Shown here piece by piece: positions 51,829 to 64,000 of a DNA stretch of 64,000 nt. Source of the DNA: Octopus sinensis (lineage: Eukaryota); the NCBI RefSeq assembly GCF_006345805.1, contig NC_043006.1, forward strand, positions 8,618,001 through 8,682,000, written 5' to 3'. The notes below the pieces were generated by a model. The model saw only the letters and a program-made list of their open reading frames with translations. It ran no database searches and was not told the origin of the DNA. The position numbers and the translations under genes are program-made. Position 1 is the first letter of the stretch, and each line of letters begins with the position of its first letter.

Positions 51829-53259
51829 GTTTCAAAATTGGAAACGAAGTAACATAAATAAATAAAAAATATACAATGAAAGTAATCATTCTGTTTGAAG
51901 AAAGCGAAATAGAACATGATGTTTCGAATGATACCATTTATAAAACGTTTTAGTGGCAAGAATAAGAACACAAAAGTACGGAACCAATCTTATCACGATT
52001 TTTGCATGTCATATCTGGGATAGAATAGCCCTTATTTTACTTTCTTTTTGTTCATTTTCTTCTTATCTTCTCTCTGAAAACGTGTATTATCGAAACGTAT
52101 AATTCCGTGCTCTTTTTTATTTTTATGTGTGGTGTTATCAATACTTCCGTCTTTGGGTTTTACTTGTTATCTTCCAACGCTTACCAGAAAAGATATTTTC
52201 GCTTGACTGACAACATGATATTTGTTTCTTTGACTCTTCATTGTTTCATTATTTTCTCGTGATATTTATGTGATTCACATGTTTGTGTTTGTCTGTCTGT
52301 TTTCCCCTCATGTGTATATGTATGTATCTATCTATTTGCTTATCTATGTATCTTAACACACACACACATATGCATATATGTACGTGTGTGAGGATGTATA
52401 ACGCTTGTTGATGCCCATGTATTTGTCGCTTGTATTTGTGCTGCATATTGGCCATTGTTCAGGCAAATAACAACGAGATTCTGCTGTATAGAGTTAATTA
52501 TCAACTTAATTTTTTATTCATGTTCAAATACAAATCTCATTGTTATAATTAAGAAGAATAAAATATTGACGAAATTAACGAGATATTGTTCTACTTGATA
52601 ATCAACACCACTGCGTTTACTTAAAAAGAAAACACATAACTACATCAGGATAGTTTTCTATTTTATTTTTCACGATTATTAAATATTCACGCATTTTTTA
52701 CTCCATTTATTTGTATAATTTTTAATAGGAAATTAGTTGTTATTCTAGTTTTTGAGTTAATAGTATAGTAATTAAATCACAAAATCTGGGATTAATTAAA
52801 TATGAAGGAAGTTAATTTAAACAATTTCCATCAAAGTCTGGTGTGTATAAAAACAAAACAGACTAACAATACTCAACTGTCATAAACGAAAGACTATTTT
52901 ATAAAATCCAATAATATTCAGAATGTTATATCTCGTACAATTTCAGACGTTTTCAAAGAATTTTATATAATTTTATATTTGGTTTACTACAAAGGATATG
53001 TATGTTATGACTTTTTGAAATTCTTTTTCATTGAGAAAAATATGAGCAGCCTCAGGAGACGTCTGACATATTTTCTGCTTATATATTCATAACAAGCACG
53101 CTTTCAGTCGCCCACCTCAGTATGTGACAATATTTTTGTCTCTCCCTCCTTCGTTCGCATGTACTTTTCATAAATAGACAAACTTGCGTATACATGTACA
53201 TGCTTGTAGACGTGAGTCGATATCTATGTATATATAAGTATGCATGTATCTTTCTCACC

Positions 53260-53306
<47 letters not shown>

Positions 53307-53428
53307 CATACATACATATATGCATGCATTTGTATATATATATGTATACATATATGTATGTATTTATGTATATGTGTATGTATATACATATATATGTATG
53401 TATATATATATGTATGTATATATATATG

Positions 53429-53481
<53 letters not shown>

Positions 53482-53485
53482 TATA

Positions 53486-53829
53486 TGGTGATGGTGACCC
53501 CCTTCGGTCAGACACTGACCATGGGTTTGCACCTAGAGAGTTACCCTCCCAGGCACAAGTCCGGGCAAGGTGGTTTATGGAAGACCAGCAGTCGCCCATG
53601 CATACCGGCCTCCCCTCTCCACGTCACCGATGTTGTCCGAGGGAAAGGCAAGGGCCGATACAGCTTGGCACCTGTGACGTCGCAACTCATTTCTACAGCT
53701 GAGTGAACTGGAGCAACGTGAAATAAAGTGTCTTGCTCAAGAACACAACACGCAGCCCGGTCCGGGATTCGAGCTCACAACCTCACGATCGTAAGCTCGA
53801 CGCTCTAACCACTGAGCCACGCGCCTTCA
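53486..53829 (-). mobile_element. tRNA-derived SINE (separate family), young
   Basis: Minus-strand head GGCGCGTGGCTCAGTGGTTAGAGCG...GCTCGAATCCC followed by a unique body. Confidence 0.85.
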
Positions 53830-54201
53830 TGTATATATATCATATACATAAATATACACACACGTACACACACACACACACACGCACACATATAGCAATA
53901 CATAGTTTCACATCCGAAATATATATCCAAATGAGTTTGGTTGGCATCACAAAAGGTACAGTCGAAATGTATATTACTAAAGACAAACACGAACCAGCGT
54001 CTTTTGATAACCGCTTTCCGTCTCGATTACGTTACATCAACCTCACATTATAACAGCTGTCCTATACCGGGTCCTTCCATATATTTCAAAGGAAATATGA
54101 AATAGGTCCATAAAAATGACAGGCTGTGTTGCCTGTAACTACTGTCGGCACATGTTGATGCTCTCAACATATATTAATATATATGCTAATAATTAAAATT
54201 A

Positions 54202-54433
54202 AGGCGGCGAGCTGGCAGAAACGTTAGCACGCCGGGCGAAATGCGTAGCCGTATTTCGTCTGCCGTTACGTTCTGAGTTCAAATTCCGCCGAGGTCGACT
54301 TTGCCTTTCATCCTTTCGGGGTCGATAAATTAAGTACCAGTTACGCACTGGTGTCGATGTAATCGACTTAATCCGTTTGTCTGTCCTTGTTTATCCCCTC
54401 TGTGTTTAGCCCCTTGTGGGTAGTAAAGAAATA
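54202..54433 (+). mobile_element. Full-length family D tRNA-derived SINE, young
   Basis: GGCGGCGAGCTGGCAGAAACG head, GAGTTCAAATTCC B box and AGTAAAGAAATA tail. Confidence 0.9.
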
Positions 54434-54894
54434 TATATTAATATATTTTATGCATGTGAATGCAAATGATACGCATGGCAATATCATGTACATGGAACGT
54501 ATGCCACTCTAGACCGTTTTCTTGTATGAATGTTTGTGAATGAGATAAGTAGAAAATTGTAAGAGGAAATAATTGGTGACAGTTATTACACGGGCCAGAG
54601 GAGGTAATTGCTAATTTTGGAGGAAGGTTAAAGAAACATACAAAAACTCATAAGCTAATGTAGTAAGATGAAATATGTTTTATTGATGGATATGTGATCA
54701 TGAATTAAAATATTTACTGAGATCCAATTTGATTATGAGACCATATTTAAGCGTGTTTTGTATTTTATGATAAATATTCTTTACTCAAACGTTCGTATAC
54801 AGAAATTGTGTCTTAGCACTGATAGATGGGGAAACCTGTGAAATTTAATACAGTTCTATACTTAAGAGATGAGGCTTTATGTATATTATTTAGA

Positions 54895-56170
54895 TTATTT
54901 ACATTTCACGGATATTTATCCTCATCTTGTTTGTTGTTAACACAACGTTTCGGCTGATATACCCTCCAGGCTTCATCAAGGGTCTTGGGGGAAATTTAGA
55001 GCCTGGGTTCTCATTCCTAAGGTATTTTTCGATGTCATCATCATCATCGTCATCGTCATCATCATCATCATCATCATCAACATCCTCCTCCTCCTCCTCA
55101 TCATCATCATCGTCATCGTCATCGTCATTGTCATTATCATTATTATTATTAGTATTATTATTATTGTTGTTGTTGTTGCTGTTGTTCTTGCTGTTGTTGC
55201 TGTTGTTGTTTTTGTTGTTGTTATTGTTATTATTCAGGTCACTGCCTTGAATCGAACTCGGAATCTTGGAGTTAGTAGCCCACGCTCTCAACCACTACGC
55301 CATATACTTACTCGTGGACAAATATGGATTGAGAATATCCGTATACCGCAAGGCGACCTTCACTGGAAGTTACCTCAACATCAATTCCCATCATCCATAC
55401 AATGTAAAGAGATATATTGCTCAGTGCCTAAAACATCGAGCAAAGAATATAATCAGCGATACACACCACGAAGAAATGATCAAGATCAACAACAAGCTAT
55501 TAAGCAACAACTACCCCCAAAAATCAATAAACTATCCACAGTGTGTCTACCCTATGTGAAAGGCCTCTCCGCAAAGATACAAAGGATATGTGGCCCATAT
55601 AACATCAGGACAATATTCAAGAGCAATTCTTCGCAAATATCTCCTTAGAGTAAAATAACCATCAGATGAAGAATATGACTAAAGACTGCGTGTACTCCAT
55701 CCCATGCAGCAGTGGTAGGTTATACAAGGGCGGGACATGCCAACCCCTCAAAATAAGGGTAGAGGAACATTGCAAAGCTGTGACACGAGGAGATATTGAT
55801 AAATCGAGGAGGGGTGATGATGTATGGAAAAATGGAGACCACCTCCCCCTATGGGACGCAGTTAAAATAATAGACAGACAACACCACTGGAAAATACGAA
55901 AACTAAACGGACACAACAACCTCCTAAATGTGTGCAGATACGAGTAGCATCCGGGAACCGGTATAATAATAATAATGATAATAATGATAATAATAATAAT
56001 AATAATAACAACAACAACAAAAACAGCAACAACATCAAAAATACGTTAGGAATGAGAACCCAGGTTCGAAATTTCCCCAAGACAACCTATGAAGGCCGGA
56101 CGGTACGTCAACAGAAGTGTTGTATTAACAACAAACAAGATTAGGACAAATACCCGTCAAATGTAAATAA
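54895..56170 (+). mobile_element. 5'-truncated Penelope-like element: inverted pLTR (54895-55304), RT C-terminus and GIY-YIG remnants (55305-55935), direct pLTR (55940-56170)
   Basis: VYRKATFTGSYLN.NSHHP..VK...CL..RA (PLE RT end) and CVYSIPC.SG.LY.G.T...L..R.EEH (GIY-YIG). GGAATGAGAACCCAGG pLTR segments occur in opposite orientations at the two ends. Confidence 0.88.
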
Positions 56171-56199
56171 TGCACTGTGAAATGTGTGTTCACTCAAAA

Positions 56200-56750
56200 C
56201 ATCTGTCTATAAGCCGAGTGCTTCTCCGTCTAAGTGACATACTCCCTGTTTTGTATACTTCTGTCCACAACCTAAACAAATTATAACATAAATTGAATTG
56301 TCGTATGCACAAGTGAAGAAAGCCTTAATTATGAACGTCTCGCCTTGTTTGAATTGGAATTCCGAAACTTCCAGTACGTTTGATCATGTTCCACATTGGG
56401 ACGTCCACGTGGCTCTTGTGTTAAGCTTTTCATTTGCCAGTATTATTTTCAGTGATTTCGGTTGCTTCTTACATTTGACGAAATTACGTATTTTCAGAAT
56501 GTTATTCATTTTTGGACCCCTAGGAATCGTTGGTGAATTTTGTACAATAGTGTTGTATACCTCATTGTCTCTAGAGTTGTGAGGTGATACATACGGTAGT
56601 ATTTTGAGATAAGGCGTGGCGTTCCGTTTTGGTTTCCTTAATGTCTTTTTATTTCTTGGCACGTTCAATCCCATCGTCAATGAGTGAGGGAGGAGAGTGT
56701 CTGTCAGTTATTGTTTTCCTGAGTTCTTGAAGACGGAGTCCTGGAATAAT
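56200..56750 (-). mobile_element. Second degenerate PLE fragment (RT-to-GIY-YIG linker)
   Basis: LPYVS.HN.R..E.YN.I.QN...KMNNILK...CKKQP.SLK.IL resembles the PLE linker region. Confidence 0.7.
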
Positions 56751-56810
56751 TCCATTAGACTCTCTCTCTCTCTCACTATCTCGCTGTATATATATATACA
56801 CACACAATGC

Positions 56811-56861
<51 letters not shown>

Positions 56862-56935
56862 AATAGATTTACATCAATATATATATAAATATATTTAAAT
56901 ATATATATATATATATAAACTTAGATATGTTTCGA

Positions 56936-56972
<37 letters not shown>

Positions 56973-57005
56973 CTTACACACACAACACACACACACAAAC
57001 ATACA

Positions 57006-57036
<31 letters not shown>

Positions 57037-57058
57037 AACATACACACACACACACACA

Positions 57059-57117
<59 letters not shown>

Positions 57118-58870
57118 AAGCATTCATAGGAATTCTACGTTACTATAATTGGAAACAGAATTCCTACGTGACGACAATTAGTTATCTATATTTATTAAAT
57201 GTGATGAAAATCTATAGAAAACTTATGTACATAATATTATATGAAAAGCAATTATAAATAATGGATTATTTAGAATTGAAATATTTAAATGCTGTTCTGC
57301 ATTTGTGAGAATATTTCGATGTAAATTCACCTTTTCATTTCAATAATATTAATTTAGAAGTAATTATATATATTTCCACATGGCAAAGATTACATTTAAA
57401 ATCCCCAGTATTATAGGATGGTGCGTAACTAATAATGGCCCACTGTAAATCATACTTAATGTTCCTATCTTTTTACTCCCAAATGCGTTTGCCAAGATTC
57501 GTAGAATGATATGATCTTCTATACAAAAACGGCTGAAAATGATAATGTAATCTAGATTTCCAAACTGTAGCAGACGCACCTGTGTAATAATATGTACGGT
57601 CCCTTGTTATTACCTTAAATTGATACACTATATCAATCCTGAAACATTATTTTTTTACGGATAAATACTTTTGGTTCTGAAATAAAAAGAAGCATTTATT
57701 CACATGTATGTAGTACTCATGCTAAAAGTATTAGTACTAATCCGCCTCTCAGATGTAACTCTATGCTGATAATAGTGGACCTAATAGGAAAGTGATGCAA
57801 TATTATTGTAATGGAAATATTATATCATGAGACCGAAATATAACGACATATACTTCACATATAGACATATGTAACATAAACTTGAAATATGCTGAGAGTA
57901 GAATGTGAGAAATATATATTGATAAAGAATTCATACTTATATAGTTGTATATATATATATATATATTAATAAAGATATCATCTACACAGACGACGGATAA
58001 AAAGTTAATAAATTGTACAACTGTGACAAATATTTATATTTCGTTGAATGATACATGTCATATATAGCATAACATCTAACATATTTTGTTATATATATGC
58101 TGTGTATCTATACCGTTTAAACATATCGGGAGGACTAAAATTTGTTGTCACGACTTAACCTACATATATAAATATATAAGTAGTAGAGATACCTCTTGGT
58201 ACAGTCGACCTATGACACTATATTGCAATGAATTTCTCGCATTTACGCAGTTAAGTTATGTTGATTTCTAGATAAACATACTTTATATCAATAATGAAGA
58301 TATTTCTACACACTTCGATGCGGTTGCCAGACGTATTAAAAGATGCCATTAGTGGAAATAGGTTACATATATGCTGATAAAAGTTGTTTACAGCACTTAT
58401 ATCCTTATATCTTTTAGATATCATGTTATATAGCGATGTGTTTGATATAAATCCATAAAGCAATATAATTTTGTACGTGTGAAATATGATGATACAATTT
58501 GAGAGAAGCTAATACAGGTGAATTACATTGTAATAATTCATATAGTTATGTTCACCTCTTAATCACTTTCTATATGCTGATGAATTTCTTGTGCAATTGA
58601 TATTAATTAACATTCAGATTCAGACGATATGATTTATCGTTGCTTACCTAAATGAACATTATTGGATAGCAATTTGCGTTTCATATTTGAAGCAGATACA
58701 TTGTTGAAAGCCTATCATCTGCTGTAGTCAACACGACATTGCATCAGGCATATGGTGTTAACCAACACAAAAATATATCGGTAGAAAGAGAAAATCGTTC
58801 AGGAACGGTTTTGGCTCCTTTGGGTTTTGTCAGTAACTGGTAATTCATTGGTAAATCGCATGCTAAGAAA

Positions 58871-59160
58871 ACGTTGTTTTGTTCCTTCTCGAGCCATGTC
58901 TGGCTCATAAGGGCCGGTTTCCCAGTTTCTTGGCGTATAGGTTCCCCCACCTGGACGGGAGCTGCAAGATGCAGGAGGAAAGAGTGAGGGAGAAAGTTGT
59001 GGCCAAAGAGTCAGCAGAAGTTTCGCCATTACCTTCTGCTGGAGCCGCGTGGAGCTTAGGTGTTTCGCTCATAAACACACATATCGTCCGGTCTGAGATT
59101 CGAACCCGCGATCCCACGACCGCGAGTCCGCTGCTCTAACCACTAGGCCATGTGCCTCCA
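58871..59160 (-). mobile_element. tRNA-derived SINE (same subfamily as 43094-43398) with 8-bp TSD
   Basis: TSD CTAAGAAA at 58863-58870 and 59161-59168. A and B boxes on the minus strand. Confidence 0.88.
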
Positions 59161-61878
59161 CTAAGAAATAGTTAGCTGCTACTGGTATGGTAAAATAGCG
59201 ATTGAAAAAGTAGCCACTACGCAAGTAACCTGCAGGCTGAAAAGGATATTCGCCATGTGCCACAGAAAACACTTAATAAAATTCGTCCAGTGGTGTATGT
59301 GCCATTGTTATTACAAAAAGCAGGAAAAAAATCGCAAATAATCAGAAATCCACATTTAGCAAAGCCACCGCAGTTGCTAGACGAAGTTTGGCTATTACTG
59401 ATAACATTGGTTTTATTATTTTTTAACTATGATTTTTTTAAAAGATGCTATCTCGCTACAAATATCGGCAGTTAATAGGCTTTTAAACTAATACCATTTC
59501 TGTTACCCATAGCGAATATTTATCCAGCCTACCACATAACATGGACAACACTAATTTCTAAATCACAATTTTACTGTAACAGTTGTGATTGAATTTTTTT
59601 CCTGACTCGTGTTGACCAGTGGATATCACGTCACGGAAGCTGGATATCTGGCACGAGCAATTACAGCACGGCTGCTACGGCAATATCTGTATTTCTATGT
59701 TTTCACCACTATATCTTGGAACGAAACTTAATGTTTAGTAGGGTTTCAACGAAGTATCTGCTTTAAATATAAAACACTGTGGTTATTTGAAACTAATACT
59801 GCTTCTGTCGCACAGAACACATTTAATGCACACATAATTACATACATACATAGATACATACATACATGCATATATATATATATATATATATACACACACC
59901 TATGCACACATACACATATATGTTATACTTAATATATATAGATACATGTATTTCCTTATATACTTCTCATATATTTGTTTATCCCAATATAAGTTTAAAG
60001 CCATGAAGTGATGATACGTGGTAAGGCACTTCAAAAATATTCCTATATTTTAACATTGTTAAAGCCTGGTATAAATCGATATATTTGGCATACGTTAGCT
60101 GATGTATCTAAAGAATATTTTCGTGAAGTTATATTTCGGTATTGCCTGTCTTCTTGTCTATTTAAGATGTACTGACAAAATCAGTTGGCATTTTTTGACA
60201 ATGAAGACAATATTTGATTCAATTGATATATTCCCGTGTACTTCATAGAGTTTCACTCACTATACCGGATGAAATATTCTTCGTTATAATACAGTTAATA
60301 TTTAATAGTAAATTCGATCTTCCTTTCTTTTTGAGTTCAAATTCTGCCGTGGCCGACTTTGCTTTCCATACGCGGTGGTTAAAATAAGTTTCAGTTATAT
60401 GTTGATAAATTCCTCCTATATTGATACATGTTAAAAAATGTTGTGTCTGGGGAGAGTCATTCTCTTTTAGTGCCTTATTATTTAACACACTCACCGGTAA
60501 AATTTCCTCTTATTTCTTATTTCAACACACGAATTCATTAAAAAAATCTTGAAAACCAAATCCAAAAACGAAATATTAAAATATGTTGATATTATTTATA
60601 TACAAAAATATAATTATTGAATATTTATACAGTGAGTATAGATTTATACAGTTATTGGTTGTATGTGTTTATAAAGTTCGCATAATTTTATACCGTTCAT
60701 GCTTCTAAACATGGGTGATATGTATTTCATTACACCTGCGTTTCTAAATATAGTATTAAATCTGTCTTTGTATACGTGTATTTCCTTATCAAGACAGGGA
60801 CGTCTACCGAAATATGATGAATAATATTTGTAGAAATACCATATGACCGCCAGGAAAGAATAAATAAATGGAAGTTTTTGAAAAGGCTTATATGAAAACA
60901 AAGATCCCTTTCATACTGATTACACCTATGAATCCACAGATAAAAAAAATGGAGAAAATAAATAAAGAGAACTATTATGACAAAACTAATAATTGATAGA
61001 CAGATAGAAGGTAGATCAAAGTAAGTAATCATTGTTGGGTATGACTTCAATTATAAAATGCGAGTTGTACAATACATCACTGTATTAGTTGCGAGCTGGA
61101 TTTGTGTCAGACGCAAGGTCTACCTGCTATACCGTATGTTTGGACACTAATTATTTACTCTCATCGTAGTCACAGAAAATATTCACTATTTTCATCCGTC
61201 AGCCACATCTTGAAAATATATTTTGAAGAATTGTTTGCACTTTTACGCCGAGAATACCATTGTTAATTTTATATGAATTGTGAATGCCTACAATGTTGTG
61301 GTGTTAATGAAGTATGCGCTAGCCGCAAGACAATTGATCGTCATGGTTTCAAGAATTCAATATGATTATAAGGGTTGTCCAAAAATTTACGGAAATTATT
61401 AGAAACCGACTTTTTGCTTTAATAAACATTTAATTAAATATCAAATCCAATACTAGTTCTATTGCATATCTTTCAAAATTCTTTCCTTTTTGAAATGCAT
61501 CTTGTAATACTTCTCCAAAAATAGTGTGCATTTCCACGAAATAAGTTTCTTTGTTCGAAATCGCCAGCCTTTCGGGGGAAAATTTCAAATTTACAAGAAA
61601 AAACTAGCCGGGAGAGTTTAGATATAGAGAGATTAGCTGGAGTACAAAAACTCTACATCTTGCAAAAATGTCACGAGGAGAGGTGAATGAATAAATGCGT
61701 TTTGTGATACACAAAAATGCTCTACATTTCTGAAATACACCAGGGAATCCATTCAAAATGAATTTTTGATCATCTGCAGAAGTACAAAAACATCTCATTA
61801 TAAAGTGTACAAAGACACAACCACAAAGAGTCTATGACTATATCTTTTTGCTAATCATCAGGCATGACACGAACTTAC

Positions 61879-62048
61879 AGCAACGTCATGCATCAGCTGT
61901 TTTGAAGTTTTATGACAGCTTTTTGTGATCTTCAATTGTTCTCGTAGACAGTCGACTTGATTTGGGGTTGTCCCTATGAATATTATTTTTTTATCTAACT
62001 TCAATTCATGGGACAGCTGCTCAGAGGTCTTTAGCCACATTGGAAGTT
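61879..62048 (-). CDS. Candidate 170-nt coding exon of unknown protein
   Basis: ctacag| acceptor, GCT|gtaagt donor, frame open throughout (LPMWLKTSEQLSHELKL...QLMHDVA). No recognisable homology and a weak pyrimidine tract. Confidence 0.25.
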
Positions 62049-62164
62049 CTGTAGAATATCACACAACCACATTGCGTCTTCCATTCCTTCAATTTTCAAT
62101 TTGCGACAATCTGATCTCTAACTCACTGACATGATATGATGTATCACCCATGAGACTAATGATT

Positions 62165-62344
62165 GACTTTACACACACACACACACAAACACACACACAT
62201 ACGCACACACACATATATGTATAAATATATATATATACATATATATGTATATATATAGATAGATAGATGGATGGATAGACGGATGGATGGATGGATGGAT
62301 GGATGGATGGATGGATGGATAGATAGATAGATAGATAGATAGAT

Positions 62345-62394
<50 letters not shown>

Positions 62395-62418
62395 TAAGAA
62401 AGAAAGAAAGAAAGAAAG
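62165..62418. repeat. Compound microsatellite (CA)(TA)(ATAG)(ATGG)(AAAG)
   Basis: Direct reading of the sequence. One of dozens of TA/CA/TCTA tracts in the window. Confidence 0.95.
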
Positions 62419-63079
62419 CAATGCAGTCAGTAGCGCAGTGCGGCGATGGGTAGGCAAGGAGTTTCGAAACATTGTTTACATTTAGAGACACATCGCATTG
62501 CACGATCCGATAGTTGGGGACCTTAAACACTTTAAACTCCCACGGCAATATCCTTATTTGAACTACAATCATATATTCAATCGGATTAATCAAACAATGT
62601 TGTAGAATGAGTTGTCTTTGAAACAAATAACAGATGAAAGGATGAGAGTTAATACAAAATAAAAAAAAATTCAATTAAATTGTGAATATAATTAAATGTT
62701 ATTATATCAGACAGAACGATCAGAGAATATGTGAAATATGTATATAAACACATATGCAACCGGCCATATACGACTACTGTTTATGTGCTTACATATTAAT
62801 CAGGGGTTATGTTTATAGATGTATACTTGAATTCTAAATGAGATCCACAGGAAATGAATCAGAATTAATTTATATCTATAATCTTATAATGAGAAATATA
62901 TAAAATGACCGACGTTGTATCACGTACGGATAGAACATATTCAATTTCTATGGTAACCCTTACACCAGATTAAGCTCTCTCTCACAAAACAGAATAATCA
63001 TAAACACACACAACTTATATATGTAGACACACACACACACATACACACACATATATACACACATATATATATTGTTTTC

Positions 63080-63990
63080 CAATAAGTGTGAAAACTTATC
63101 CTACTAAACCTCCCCACACCAGATATGTCATCATTTTTATCAGTTTCTAGAAACTCAGCGTCTCTACATCCTATTAACTCACACACATCCATACACTTGG
63201 CAGGCCTGAGTGCCCCTTCATCTTCGCTTTTATCTACCCAGGAAACCTCTTCTCTGTCGTAGACCACCAACGCCTCTTCCCACTACCTTGCTTCGTATAT
63301 GACATGGATCAATCCAACCACACCCTTTCAAGTTTCAGTTGCTTTTTCATCTCTTCTGGTCCATCACGTCTATTCTTTCTCACGTCTATTTTTACTGCAC
63401 TGACATCCGCAGCAGTTTGCTGTCAGCTAAACATCCAATATTCCTCAAATGTTGTACTATTCACCAACCCGTTACGTGCACCCGTCCTCTGGCACATGTC
63501 TCCGCCAACCCGATCCCATGTTCAACATTTAATGCTTATCTTTCTCGAGCATTGTTATTCAATGAATATTGGCAGCTGCTACAGAAACGAGAATCGGTCC
63601 CAGTTACGTTAACACTTTCATTGTTTGCACCTCACGGTTAACTGGAGCCATATCAGTGCTACACAGACGCTAATCAAATTTCTGAACGAGTGCCAAATCA
63701 TTTTCAGGCGAATATATCAACACTTGCAAGACATTTCGCAGCACCTTCCACCCTTGCTTGAAATTCACCTCTTTCATCTCGTAAACACACAGAAACATTC
63801 TACACGCCATTCTTCGTTAGCCACCTCGTTCACAATGTCACAAGCAAATATTTCTAAACACATAACGACTCCCAATCTTAAATTGAGTTTTCCTTTTAAC
63901 TACCCTATCCACATTAAACGCGATATCCCTTACCCTGAATTTGCCTATGTTCCTTGTCTGTGCAGTTGCAGACAGGATTGTTAAGCCGAT
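63080..63990 (-). mobile_element. Degenerate RTE-like LINE 3' fragment
   Basis: Broken minus-strand frames give WDRV...RTG and R.RR.GP..KKQL...WLD, resembling the RTE ORF2 C-terminus. Confidence 0.5.
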
Positions 63991-64000
63991 GCATATTTCA

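Noticed and set aside
61365-61600. Mariner-like terminus TAAGGGTTGTCCAAAAA
   Set aside because: No matching second TIR or transposase found in the window.

Overview
AT-rich, microsatellite-saturated animal genomic DNA. The SINE and Penelope families resemble those I recall from Octopus (inference, no search run). There is no complete protein-coding gene. The only host coding sequence I can support is one 135-nt minus-strand exon (12134-12000, (F)GYSTDDIIYIW...MTQFEM...KNQ(G)) of a Cys-loop GABA-A/RDL-like receptor subunit, so most of the window is probably intron. The rest is transposon-derived: many tRNA-derived SINEs (several with target-site duplications), a 5'-truncated CR1-group LINE, RTE fragments, several Penelope-like element (PLE) fragments, a decayed DD37D (maT) Tc1/mariner element and a fold-back MITE. 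Four features stand out. (1) A nine-copy tandem array of a ~476-bp unit (12597-16757) in which each unit carries a minimal type I hammerhead ribozyme motif; it is preceded by a 192-bp inverted arm and lies ~270 nt from the receptor exon, resembling a retrozyme or PLE pseudo-LTR concatemer. (2) A 2.18-kb ORF1-only 'half-LINE' with a 15-bp TSD inserted in a SINE head. (3) A Penelope pseudo-LTR joining a tRNA-like Pol III promoter to a hammerhead motif. (4) A LINE/SINE 3'-tail pair with a covarying stem-loop. All folding and homology calls were made by eye.
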